Both the position numbers and the translations under genes were made by a program. Shown here piece by piece: positions 22,397 to 33,063 of a stretch of DNA of 64,000 nt (positions are counted from its first letter, which is position 1; the number at the start of each line of letters is the position of its first letter). This DNA is from Schizochytrium sp. TIO01 (Eukaryota; Protista; Bigyra: Labyrinthulomycetes): assembly GCA_004764695.1 (NCBI GenBank), contig SMSO01000034.1:868001-932000 (forward strand), given 5' to 3'. Below the pieces are notes generated by a model, which was not told where the DNA came from, did not search any database, and was given only the letters and a program-made list of their open reading frames with translations.

Positions 22397-24046
22397 CTAC
22401 AGGATTTTATTCTCATTTGTGCATGCACGAACACTTCGCCTTCGTTTGGAGGCGGGAATTGCTACCGCATCATCTCTGCTTCCTTGAAACGACTTTTGCA
22501 ATTTACTCAATCGATTTGATGTACCATCGCGTACTTCCTCCACATCGATATCGTGTTGTTTTCCCTTTTTTGGTTTTGAAATTTTCTTAGAAGCGAGCTT
22601 TTGCAGTTCTTGTTTGGCATTTGAGGACGCTGCATGCCGCTGTGATCTTCTCTCTAATTCCTCCTTAATCTTTATGTTTGACCTGCTCTTTCCATGGCCC
22701 TTTTTTGTCCGAACTTTCGCATTTTCAACTTTCGCTACTGATGCGATGCCTCTCTTTTCTGTCTCTACCTTCTTTGCCTTTCCACCATATAGTTTAGCCT
22801 CACAAGAAGGCTCTGCCTCTCGCCTCTTGCAACTCCGTGAGGGCTTCTGTTTTTCTTCCTTAACGACCGTGGTTGACATAGCATTAGATTTTGACGAGGC
22901 TTCTTGTTTACGCTCTAACTTTTCTTGACGGATCTGAGCTTTTCTCTTCTTTTCCTCCTGAGCAAACCCCTTCACCTCAAGTTGAACATCTTCAGGCAGT
23001 AACAAAAGAAACTGAGGTAGCTCAGCAGCAAATAGTACACTATGTGCCCACCCCGCATACGGTCCGTATCGAGCCCGAAAAAGACAACCTACACGGTCAT
23101 ATATGACAGGTGTCAATGACTTTGCCTGTAGTAAGTCCCGATCAAAATCACGACATGCTATTTGCCATACATGGGTGTCTACAGGAATTACACTCCGTCG
23201 ATCCAGGCCGAAGAGAGCCACGCAATCTGCAACTTTGGGTCCAACACCATCAAGATCTACCAGTGCTTCACGAACCACCTTCAAACTATCTTCACTTTGA
23301 TCCATAGCACGAAGCTTAGACAGCCATGCTGTTGCCCCTCCTTTTTGCTTGTTCAGCTTGTTTACAGAATTCACAATATACTTGGCGCGATACCCAAAAC
23401 CCATGTCACGAAGCTGCTGCTCTGTGGCTTTAGCTAGCGCCAAAGGCGTCGGGAAAGCGTATAAATTGAGGGGGGGATTCAAAGCAGCTTTGCTCTTCGT
23501 ATACCGCGAAGGTCCCAACACAGCAGCTTTTGTGCCAAATTCCGTGCGAAGCCGGTCAAGCATCAAAGTAATGCGCGCGATGTTATTGTTACTTGAGCAA
23601 ATAAATGATATTAGGCACTCAAAAGGATCTTGTCTCAGAATACGCATACCCGGAAGACACTTGCCCACAGCATCGATACGAGAGCATTTCTGAGCCCATT
23701 CCTTATGCAGCCTGCTCATATCCACATTTAATTGAAAATATTCTGCAAGAAGGCGCTCTGCATGTTCTGGCTCTGCATCCTCCGTCAACACTCTAAATTG
23801 GACCTGATCATTGATCTCACGTAGATGAATTGGAACTCCCTCCACAACACCAATATAACCACCATCAAGATCATCCACGGCCTTAAAGTTAGTGTTGTCA
23901 ATGTCAACGTCTGCACGTTCCTCCGAAGTTTGTGCAGCAAGTCTCGCCAGTGGCTTCCAGTTGAAGCACTGGCCATTCTCCAGTGTGAACCTTAAAACGA
24001 GCTCGCTTGAAGATGTCAACCGGCGCCAGCTGCCACTTGGACCCAT
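22397..24046 (-). CDS. OGG1: 8-oxoguanine DNA glycosylase/AP lyase
   Basis: TLENGQCFNW, GMRILRQDPFECLISFICSSNNNIARI, GFGYRAKY, HhH GVGPKVADC (catalytic Lys) and PVDTHVWQIA (catalytic Asp). First ATG is at 24046; the track start at 24052 is GTG. Confidence 0.95.
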   Translation of the reverse strand: MGPSGSWRRLTSSSELVLRFTLENGQCFNWKPLARLAAQTSEERADVDIDNTNFKAVDDLDGGYIGVVEGVPIHLREINDQVQFRVLTEDAEPEHAERLLAEYFQLNVDMSRLHKEWAQKCSRIDAVGKCLPGMRILRQDPFECLISFICSSNNNIARITLMLDRLRTEFGTKAAVLGPSRYTKSKAALNPPLNLYAFPTPLALAKATEQQLRDMGFGYRAKYIVNSVNKLNKQKGGATAWLSKLRAMDQSEDSLKVVREALVDLDGVGPKVADCVALFGLDRRSVIPVDTHVWQIACRDFDRDLLQAKSLTPVIYDRVGCLFRARYGPYAGWAHSVLFAAELPQFLLLLPEDVQLEVKGFAQEEKKRKAQIRQEKLERKQEASSKSNAMSTTVVKEEKQKPSRSCKRREAEPSCEAKLYGGKAKKVETEKRGIASVAKVENAKVRTKKGHGKSRSNIKIKEELERRSQRHAASSNAKQELQKLASKKISKPKKGKQHDIDVEEVRDGTSNRLSKLQKSFQGSRDDAVAIPASKRRRSVRACTNENKIL

Positions 24047-24543
24047 ACTCACGCCACCAGAGATCTCTGGGTGGCGCTCTCCGAGGCAATCGACTTAATC
24101 TTGAAGCGATTTGAGGCTCCCTCCGACACCGGCCAGGTTCTTCTATCTCCTCCAATTCATCCCAGGTTCCCAAACAGTTCTGTTTTGGTTCCTTATTTTG
24201 TTCCGGTGAACTTTATGTTTTTTAAAGTGCTGCCCCTGGTCTTTATAAAAATTGAAATCGAGCACTTGCAGGCATACTATGGAAATCACATGATGCTTCG
24301 CTAAAGCAAAAACTTTGCAAGAAATCCTGAGCGGGAAGGCCGGGAAACGTTGAAGACTGGAAAGAGAAGCTGAAGAAGAGGATTCTAATATTAACAAACC
24401 TTCAAATCAAAAAAAGGTATTGTTGCTTACTTTGAAACTCACGTTAAAGAATTTATATATTTGAGTAGTACAAGACTATATTCCGCAAAAACTCAATCAC
24501 CTCGAGGATTAGTATCAGTATTTACTTCCCTGGTCCGATACAA

Positions 24544-26523
24544 ATGCGAGCTGGAAATGAATCGTCAAGTTTCGGTCAACTGCCGCTCATGCCAAATCAA
24601 CTGACGAGTTCTGCTAAGTCTATAAACATGCTCACGGTGTCACGCTCCCGAAGCGATGGAGGTATGAGTAATGACACAGGGCCCCTGGACACTCGATCAA
24701 TACAACCTATCCAAGAAGTATCCCTCCCTTTCAAAAGGAGACGTGCTCCAACTCCTTCAACAAGCAATAGTGGTGGTAGCGAAACATCTCGTGGAAACAA
24801 TACAGCTCGACGGCCAACCAGCTCATCATCTTCATCAACGACAAATGAAGATATAAAATCACAAAAAAGTCGATCAGATCTTGCTAACGGCAATGCTTGC
24901 GAACATCCACAAGAAGACGAGATTGATGTTGTAAACGCAGCACATCTTCAGGACTATCATCCACGAGGAATGGAACCAGCAGCCACCTATCTACGCCCTT
25001 TGGAACTAAAACGATTTGCCTCTCTCTTAGGTTCGGACGACTGGGAAGATGTTCACGATCGTGTTGTTAGCCTTGGTCGCTTTAACTCGAGTAAAATTAG
25101 AGAGAAGTACGCTCATAAAAAGGAAGAGCTTGACCAAGTAGGAATATTCCTTCCTGAAGCTAACAAACTCCGTATCGAGGCTCAAATCCAAGTCGAGCTT
25201 AGGCGTACATTACAATATGAAGCATTAGAAAGGGCAATTCTTTATGAAATGCTAGAGCGGGAAAAGTTAGAGAGTGCTTCAGCCGGGGAAAAGAATGCTG
25301 CTGAATTACAAGCTAGCTTTCAAGCGGTGCGACGGACCCCTCCTAAAATTAGTCGTGCAACATCCCCAACATTAAGAAATTTGGCAAAAAACAACGAATC
25401 ATCGCGCCCTGCTAGTCGCGAAGATTCCAAGCCCGAAGCATCCGCCGAGGAGCAAAACGAAACTGAAGTTAACCATGGAATGCCAATATGTAATCCACTA
25501 TTGAGTTTTGAGGAATACAGAAACCAGATTACTGCACAACGCACACAAGAAAATGGAGGTTCACTAGATCCAGGACCCAGTCCTCACGTCCAATCGCGTG
25601 CTTTAGGAGGGCACACAAATGATAAAATTCGCCTTCGCAACCCTAGGAGCGTGGTTCCTGTAGGCGACGTCTTGCGCAATAAAAGAAAGCCACGAATTGG
25701 ACCAATTGAGAAAGGTACCTCTCAGCATAAACCTAATTCTGTGCAGCAAGAACAGCGAGAGAGATTGATTGAACATCTTCAAGAAATTGAAAATAGGGAA
25801 CGTGAAGAAGCAGGTCTTCCTCCCGTGGATGAATATTTTGGCCTAGATATAAACGATGACGAGGACATAAAGGGGCCAGAAGCCAGAGCACGTAGACAAA
25901 AATCTCGCGAGCAAGCTAAAAAGAAACGTCTTTCTGAAATTAGCTCGCAAATGGAAAACATCGCAACTGATTCGACAATTTTGTATCAGCTTCAAGCATT
26001 GTTTGATCTTCTCGAGATACCCCCAGCTAGGAGACTTGACCTCATGATCAAGTACTCAGACCCTGCTCGAGCGATGGACTTTATCGATGTGTTGAACGAC
26101 TGGGAACGTGTTGCCAAAATTGTAACTCTGCACGAGAAGGTTGTTAAGGTGGTAATCCTTGCCGATGCTCGAAAGGTGGAAGCAAGTTCTGCATTTACAG
26201 AAGACGAGACCGAAGAACTTGAAAGCTTGGACTGCTATGTAAGTATGGCTCAGATGTTTGGTGCAAGTTGTGGAACATGGGCGCGAGCAATTCTTGAGAA
26301 GTTAAGCCCCGTATGTGAAGAGAATGTCAGAGAGCTGACTGAGCGCTGGCACGATAATATGATATACCGCGGTCATGATTATTTAAAAATTCGGTTCCCT
26401 TCCGCTGCTGCGAAGGCTATTGCAGAAGCCGAGCAAGGCGAGGCTTCAAAGCAACTTCGAGAGATAAGGCATGGAGGGAGCAACCAAGTCGTTCGTTTGA
26501 ATCCTGTTTTACTAAAGGATTAA
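24544..26523 (+). CDS. Coiled-coil protein with a CCDC87-like C-terminal region
   Basis: 659-aa ORF. LQALFDLLEIPPARRLDLMIKYS...WERVAK...MIYRGHDYL resembles the recalled CCDC87 C-terminus (LWSMLEVP..DMTIKYS...AWERA...IFKGRPYL). Confidence 0.6.
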   Translation: MRAGNESSSFGQLPLMPNQLTSSAKSINMLTVSRSRSDGGMSNDTGPLDTRSIQPIQEVSLPFKRRRAPTPSTSNSGGSETSRGNNTARRPTSSSSSSTTNEDIKSQKSRSDLANGNACEHPQEDEIDVVNAAHLQDYHPRGMEPAATYLRPLELKRFASLLGSDDWEDVHDRVVSLGRFNSSKIREKYAHKKEELDQVGIFLPEANKLRIEAQIQVELRRTLQYEALERAILYEMLEREKLESASAGEKNAAELQASFQAVRRTPPKISRATSPTLRNLAKNNESSRPASREDSKPEASAEEQNETEVNHGMPICNPLLSFEEYRNQITAQRTQENGGSLDPGPSPHVQSRALGGHTNDKIRLRNPRSVVPVGDVLRNKRKPRIGPIEKGTSQHKPNSVQQEQRERLIEHLQEIENREREEAGLPPVDEYFGLDINDDEDIKGPEARARRQKSREQAKKKRLSEISSQMENIATDSTILYQLQALFDLLEIPPARRLDLMIKYSDPARAMDFIDVLNDWERVAKIVTLHEKVVKVVILADARKVEASSAFTEDETEELESLDCYVSMAQMFGASCGTWARAILEKLSPVCEENVRELTERWHDNMIYRGHDYLKIRFPSAAAKAIAEAEQGEASKQLREIRHGGSNQVVRLNPVLLKD

Positions 26524-27148
26524 CCAAAAAATCATCCTTATAGTAGCGACATATCTTTGCTATGTCTAATAAAATAATATGTAAAGTATGCAGACAATGA
26601 AATGAGCAGAAGCTTGAAAACGCTGAATAGTGGTACTTTCGTTGACCGATATCATGTCGATTCTACAATGGCTTAAAAAGAACAAGAACTCTTTGCATGA
26701 ACGTATCGTACATGAGTACAGCGAAGGGCATGGTTATTTTCAGTTTGTTTGCGAAGAGAATCAAGAAGTATATGGCATTTTATTTTATTTTTTAAAATCA
26801 TATACATATATCAAACTCCTTTTGAAATGTTATGTTTTCTTTACTGATCCCGTCTTGAATTTGCCTTTATATTTTCTTAAATTCTTGTAGTACAATAAAT
26901 TGACCTATCAGATACAAAACCTTTCATGAAGAAAACTGAGGTCTATATTACAAACCTCTCTCTTGAATACATCAATTGAGTTCAAGACGATGTTTGTTTG
27001 AGATTTCTTTATATTATTCTACATTTACATGGTCTCACATTATATAGCACATTACAAGGCCTGTGTTGATTAAAGTTTCATTCTGTAATAGAAATATAAT
27101 AGAGCCATCAGCATATCGTCTAGACTAAACAAAGGCTCGAGTAGCTGC

Positions 27149-30100
27149 TTATTTAGAAATTTCGTCTGTTGATGGGCTTGAAATTTGCCTCACGAAACTT
27201 TCAGCACGGAAATTACTTCGGAGGTCACGAGAGGATGCCTCTTTTCCGCGATTCTGGTCTAGCGATATTGACCCTGATAACCGAAAAGATCCTAAATTGC
27301 TGCGTTGGCTTCGCATCGAACCCATGCGTCCTGATCGTTGTGAACCACGGAAATCATTTTGAATGTCTGTTACCATTGTTGCCCAATCACGATTCTCCTT
27401 TCTTCTCTGTAAAATCGTTTGGCGCTCTCTATCCTGACGGAGAGCCTCGTCTTCAAGAAAACGCTTCACAGCCAAGCGAACAAATTTACGCGCATCAGGA
27501 ACCACATTGTCAGCCGTTTCTCGCTGGAGCTTTGCCATTCGTCTCTGTCGAAGTTCTTCTGGTGAAAGATCAGCATCAGAACCTCCATTAATATCTTGGC
27601 GACTCGCGGTTGATTTAAGGTTTTGAATGATACTAGAACGCCGGCGTGAAGACGGAACTTTCCGCACAGACGCGTTTTGTGTATGCTGTCGTCTTTCCAT
27701 TCGCTCTTTAGCGCGGAGAGCGCCCCTAAGGAACGACTCTTTGGCTCGGCTGAGTGTAATCTGCTGAGAGCAAACGGCTGCCATATCCGGATTAAATGAA
27801 TTCCTAGCGCTCAGAACTTTGGGATGGTGAAGAACTGGGTCCAAAGAAGTCAGTTGCATTGCAAGTACTTGTAATATGGCTGATTGTACGATTTGTTTGA
27901 CATCTACGTCAGTAAATGCTTCAAGAGATTCCAAAATATCAAGCTTCCCAGGAGCTCCCTCCAAGCCCCATGGGAGAGGACGTAAACTTGGCAAGCGATT
28001 GCAAGCTTGAAGAACCCCAACTACCTTGTCGGTGCGAATGTCCATAATAGGAATACAAAGCTCTGACCAAATTGTATAGGCACAACCTCCCTCGGATGGT
28101 TCCGAACGTGGGGTGAAGCCTTTCGAACGATCATTGTGGTGAAAAGCACTGGAGCTCAGGCATACTATCTGGCGGAGGCATACTGCAACATTATCAGGTC
28201 CATGTATTGGTATTATGAACCGCGTTTTGTGAGTTGAAATAGTGTCACCAGCATGAAGATTACCATCAAGCTGAACAACAGGGATGATCAGACCCGGGGC
28301 AGTTTCTGTAGGATTGCTATATGCATGAATTGTCAAACGGTCGCAATGTAGAATTTCTCGTAGTGATCGCGCGCCATAAAGCAGCATGTTTTCGGCTTCA
28401 GTCTGAGATTGAGGTTTCCTGCTATAGTAAGAAAGGGTTTGTTGAATTTGATCTTCCCATGCGCATTTTGATTGTGCCTCATCCAGAAGCCAGACGTTGT
28501 GCCATAACAATGAAGCTTGAGCCATCAAAGACTCTGTAATACGAACCTCCTCTTCGGAAAATGAATGTGTGCCAACATTCAATGAGCGTAAGGTTTCGGA
28601 CCAGTATGGCAGATCTATTTCCTCCTGAGGAGTTTGAAATCGGGAAATTTGAGTAATAGCACCTGCATGGGCATTCCAATATCGCCTCTGCCTAACGATC
28701 ATATCTGCATCAACCTCCGCCTGTCTGACCTTTGTTGAAACGCATGGTCTAAACTGTGTGAATTGGTGCTCTAAACCACATAAAAGTGTGTCGACAGGTG
28801 GCTCACCCGCCGAAAAGCTACAGTCATCCACAGAATCTGTCTCATCTGAAGCAGAACGACTGGAATCACTCGACTCGGACAAAGAGTCGCCAATGTCAGA
28901 AAGAACACTTTTGATCTCATCTTCGGAATCATCTAAGAGTGCATGTCCGATATTTGCGTAAGAAGATATTCGAAGTTTTTGAAGTTCACTTGCTAGTGTG
29001 TCATGCGCTTGATGTTGACCAGGGAAAACGTAATTATGTATCTGCAAAGCGTCGCGTTCAGCAGGAAAAAGACCTTCCCAGTTCGATTCAATTGCTCCAA
29101 GTGGATCATTGTCAAAGTCTTTATCAACACGAAGCCTACGAGCATCATGGGCCTCAACAGCTTGTAGGGTAAGTGAAGTACCTAAGCGCCGTTGCAAGTA
29201 AAGAGCATCTCGATTGACAAGCAAACTTGTGTCGAGTCCCGAACTATACAGGTTGTGGAAGAATAATGGATTAATGGTGTTGTCAAAAGAGAATACTGAA
29301 GCAACCGTAGCGTTGAGAGAAGCCTGGCAAAGTACGAGAAGATAACGCATAGCTGCCTGGGCCCCGTGTTGAACCTTTCCATCAGACGGCTCGTTTTCTA
29401 AATCTGTCAGCAGTCGGTTGGCCCTAGATCGAATTGAATCACAAGGATCGCATAATTGAGCTATCCAACGATATGCATGTTGCTGAGTAATGGCATTGCG
29501 CAACATCTCCGATGCAACCTTTGCAAAATGGATTGTATGAACAACCCATCGTTTGGCTGCAATAGTTTCTCGAGCATGCAAGTTCGTCTCTTTACGTTCC
29601 TCCATGTCATGTACAAGAGGTGATGTGGTCTCAATCAAACCAAGGAAGTGACCCTCTGGCTTTGTCACCAAAGGCACGATCATTTTGACAGCATTCTCTA
29701 GTACCATGGGCTCAAAAAATTGGAAGTCAAGGTCTCTACTTTCTAGTTTGAGTTCTCCATTATCTCCTTCGGTCAATGTCACCAACTTGGGGTCGTCTAA
29801 TTGGTGTGGGAGCTCCACACTGGGATCTTTCAAAAGCTTGGAACAGTCCTCTCGAAGCCATATACGAGGACGGGTTTCGCTGGCAAGAAACTCCTCCGAA
29901 AGTTCACGAAGATATTCGTGAAGATCTTCGCGATCTTGGGAAAAGTATCCGGAGAGCATATCCGTTAGGGCTTGTTGAGCACCTCTTTCGTCTCGGTGTG
30001 TATCTATGCTTGATTGCAGTTTAATTGAAGCGGCCAACCTGAGTCGTCCGTTTGTGAAAAAACGATAAGCGGATTCAAGAGTTGCGGAAACACCCTGGGC

Positions 30101-31879
30101 CACTGTATTCAGCGTCTTGATTTCTTGGTGTTCCAAGGAGCGATCACTTAAGACACAGAAAACAGCGATTGCCTCATCTTTGTTTGAGTACCGACATATA
30201 GGAACAGATGTCTGATGTAACGTTTTGCATTCTTGAATCTCAGGGTTTAAATCTTCCATTGTAAATTCTAGTAAAGGAGATAATGCCATCTCTGGACCAG
30301 CGAAGACTGGACCACAGTTTCCACGCATGCACTTAAGAAGAGAGCATTGGTTACGTTTTCCAACGAGTAGCTTTGCACGAACTTGGGCGCAGGAGAGAAG
30401 AACATCAGTTTCCGAATCTGTCCGATCGTCCATAACTACGCGGACGGCCCCATCTGGAGAGTATATTGAGCCCTTTGAAGGGATATTTTCCAAAAGAATG
30501 AATGCTTCACTACGCTTAGCATCACGGAAGAGGACTACAGTGTCGAGAGCATTGGGTATGCGTTCGCACAAAACTCTTCGAAGCATACGCGAGACTCTCC
30601 ATAAATCTGCGTTTGCTCCAATATTTTTTCGAGCTCGACAATTAGCACCGTCAGCAATTAGTTGATCATAGCTGTTGGTATCCATTTCGGTTTGTGTTTC
30701 ACGGTCGGCACGTAGACATTGAAGCAACATACTCAAGTGTGCAGCAACGCTCCTATGCGACATTTCAAGAAAGGTCAGATCAATATCATCCTTACTTGCA
30801 GATTGTGCTATGGGGCTGCAAATGTAGGCAAGAACATTCCCATGGCGATCTCTGACAGGGATACAGACCATGTATTCAACTTTCGGTGTCTTGGCTTGGA
30901 TAACCTCGAAGCCTGCTATTGAACTGACACGCTCAAGCAGAGGTTTTGTCATAATTTTTCTAAAGGACATGCTTCCGGGTCCATATACTTGCTGATTAAG
31001 AGCAAACGACATTTTCTCATGAACTCGAAGGATTGTTGCCTTTCCAAAATTGCAGGGGTATTGTTCATACTGACCGAGGGTATGAAATATGTAGCAGTCA
31101 TCCAAAGCTGGATTTGCAACTCGCAAAGCTTTTCGAATTATCTGTAAAGTCAAATGCAATGGATTATGGGGTGAAAGTGCTTTAAAAGTAGTTCGCATCT
31201 CTTTTAGGCTCTGTGCAGTCCTGTGGAGACGCTTGACAGCTTCAAGTTTTTGTATTCGGTCCAGAGATCTAATTGTATCCATAGTCAAATTTGCTGGTCG
31301 GCCTAACCTTTGGCGATGTATACGCGATGCTAGTATATTTTGCGTTTTCTGAGAATATGCTTTTTTCTCAAAACTCTGTTGCATGATTCGAGGTGGAGGT
31401 ATTGGCTTACTGTGGAGTCCTGGATCATCCACTTGAATCTGAGAGATTTCAAACTTGTGCTTGGAAGCGCATTCAGATCGTGAAAAAACTCCTTCATGGC
31501 CTTGATTGTGATTTACAGCCCACTTGGAGCGAAGTGGTATGCTTGTTGCATGATCGAAGTGGCTGCGCAGGCTTTTCTTTGGCGGTGCCCATGGTCTAAC
31601 TTCCCGCTCTCGAGATTTCCTGTCTGGAATTTCGCTTGAAAGGCGATGTTGGTGGGGATATTGCAAATGTTGCTCTAAACTTTGGTCCTGTACAATCTTA
31701 CTGCCGAATCCATCAGCCGTGGTGGCTATTCTTCGAGTATACAAAGACCCAAGCGTTGCAGAAACTTCATCCGCATTCGTTTGAGTTTGAGAACTGGCCA
31801 CTGTCTTTTCTTGCGACACAGTTGCAGATGGAAAGGTCTGTCGTCCGGGTCGCAGCATGCCAATTTCCTCACGTGACAC
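27149..31879 (-). CDS. Large protein with several GAF-like segments, no recognisable catalytic domain
   Basis: 1576-codon ORF; first in-frame ATG at 31858. GAF-type strands: YMVCIPVRDRHGNVLAYI, SVPICRY..AIAVFCV, MIVPLVTKPEGHFLGLI, and YTIWSELCIPIMDIRTDKVVGVLQACNR. Confidence 0.7.
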   Translation of the reverse strand: MSREEIGMLRPGRQTFPSATVSQEKTVASSQTQTNADEVSATLGSLYTRRIATTADGFGSKIVQDQSLEQHLQYPHQHRLSSEIPDRKSREREVRPWAPPKKSLRSHFDHATSIPLRSKWAVNHNQGHEGVFSRSECASKHKFEISQIQVDDPGLHSKPIPPPRIMQQSFEKKAYSQKTQNILASRIHRQRLGRPANLTMDTIRSLDRIQKLEAVKRLHRTAQSLKEMRTTFKALSPHNPLHLTLQIIRKALRVANPALDDCYIFHTLGQYEQYPCNFGKATILRVHEKMSFALNQQVYGPGSMSFRKIMTKPLLERVSSIAGFEVIQAKTPKVEYMVCIPVRDRHGNVLAYICSPIAQSASKDDIDLTFLEMSHRSVAAHLSMLLQCLRADRETQTEMDTNSYDQLIADGANCRARKNIGANADLWRVSRMLRRVLCERIPNALDTVVLFRDAKRSEAFILLENIPSKGSIYSPDGAVRVVMDDRTDSETDVLLSCAQVRAKLLVGKRNQCSLLKCMRGNCGPVFAGPEMALSPLLEFTMEDLNPEIQECKTLHQTSVPICRYSNKDEAIAVFCVLSDRSLEHQEIKTLNTVAQGVSATLESAYRFFTNGRLRLAASIKLQSSIDTHRDERGAQQALTDMLSGYFSQDREDLHEYLRELSEEFLASETRPRIWLREDCSKLLKDPSVELPHQLDDPKLVTLTEGDNGELKLESRDLDFQFFEPMVLENAVKMIVPLVTKPEGHFLGLIETTSPLVHDMEERKETNLHARETIAAKRWVVHTIHFAKVASEMLRNAITQQHAYRWIAQLCDPCDSIRSRANRLLTDLENEPSDGKVQHGAQAAMRYLLVLCQASLNATVASVFSFDNTINPLFFHNLYSSGLDTSLLVNRDALYLQRRLGTSLTLQAVEAHDARRLRVDKDFDNDPLGAIESNWEGLFPAERDALQIHNYVFPGQHQAHDTLASELQKLRISSYANIGHALLDDSEDEIKSVLSDIGDSLSESSDSSRSASDETDSVDDCSFSAGEPPVDTLLCGLEHQFTQFRPCVSTKVRQAEVDADMIVRQRRYWNAHAGAITQISRFQTPQEEIDLPYWSETLRSLNVGTHSFSEEEVRITESLMAQASLLWHNVWLLDEAQSKCAWEDQIQQTLSYYSRKPQSQTEAENMLLYGARSLREILHCDRLTIHAYSNPTETAPGLIIPVVQLDGNLHAGDTISTHKTRFIIPIHGPDNVAVCLRQIVCLSSSAFHHNDRSKGFTPRSEPSEGGCAYTIWSELCIPIMDIRTDKVVGVLQACNRLPSLRPLPWGLEGAPGKLDILESLEAFTDVDVKQIVQSAILQVLAMQLTSLDPVLHHPKVLSARNSFNPDMAAVCSQQITLSRAKESFLRGALRAKERMERRQHTQNASVRKVPSSRRRSSIIQNLKSTASRQDINGGSDADLSPEELRQRRMAKLQRETADNVVPDARKFVRLAVKRFLEDEALRQDRERQTILQRRKENRDWATMVTDIQNDFRGSQRSGRMGSMRSQRSNLGSFRLSGSISLDQNRGKEASSRDLRSNFRAESFVRQISSPSTDEISK

Positions 31880-32356
31880 CGGTAACAGGTTGAATGAACA
31901 CTGTCCTTCTCTAGCCGAGTTGTGGTTGCCACCTCAATGTGAGATCATTGCCTGCACTAAATCGATGACCTCCTGTAAGTCTGCTGAATCAGATAGAAGC
32001 CACACAATGTCTGGGACGTGAACACCACTTCTTAGGCTCAAGCTAACCCCACTGAATATTTAAAGCCAAGCTGCTTCTTGGTGCCCTTCTTTGCGATACT
32101 TTGATCTTAAACATGGGCACGTGGGTGTTCGTTCTCATGCTTTTGTGTGTCCAAAACGTGGCCTCTTTGGTTCTTATTCACTTACTATCTCTCAACGGAC
32201 TGATACCAGTTTCTGGTATATTTAGAATGTAATTTATAGACCTGGAGACTAGTACTACTAGTGCCAATGTAATGATCTCTCTCGCTACAATCCTTAAGAT
32301 GAAAGCCGCCGCACTGTCCTAGTACTCATTAAATAGATTGTTAGCTACTTTACCCA

Positions 32357-33031
32357 CAAAAACAAACAAAAACAAAAACAAAATCAAAAACAAAAACAAA
32401 ATCAAAAACAAAAACAAAAACAAAACAAAAACCAACTTGAACACCTCACATAGAAAATCTTGTAGGCTTCAGCATATTGAACGCTAACATCATAGAGATA
32501 AAGAAGGCCAGGAGCCTTGAGAATCAAATCAAACGAAAAGCTATTACATTGAAGCACCGTTGCGCTTGGCAAGTCTTCTTGGTGCACTGTAGCGACCCGC
32601 TCCACAGCAACAATGCCTACCTATGCAGGGGGACCTTCTACCATCATCGTGATCGCAGGCCTCTGGCTCCTGTATTAGGTTACTCGCAACAGAGTTTGCC
32701 ACCTTCTTCTCCTGCTACCTGGTTCTTGGCACCGGGTTTTACATTTCATACGAGAACGATTCAACCAATGAGGGAGTGAATGAACGAGTGAATGAAGGAA
32801 TGAATGAATGAGTGAATGAAGAAATGAATGAACTAGCGCCTGATTGAGATACGTCCAAAGAACTGCCTGAATTTGGGCAGCACAGATTGATGGAAATGTC
32901 CGAGTCATTGGGCCAGTTACACCCAGAGGTCCGTCCACCAGGTCCCCGCGAACGCGCCTGTGCGGCAAGTTCTACGCCGAATTTGACGTTGAACCCGAGA
33001 AACAAACACGTGAGTTGAAGAATTGATGGAT

Positions 33032-33063
<32 letters not shown>
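32357..33063. repeat. SSR tracts (CAAAAA)n, (GAAT)n-like and (GATT)n
   Basis: Visible at ~32357-32432, ~32777-32832 and ~33033-33063. Confidence 0.85.
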
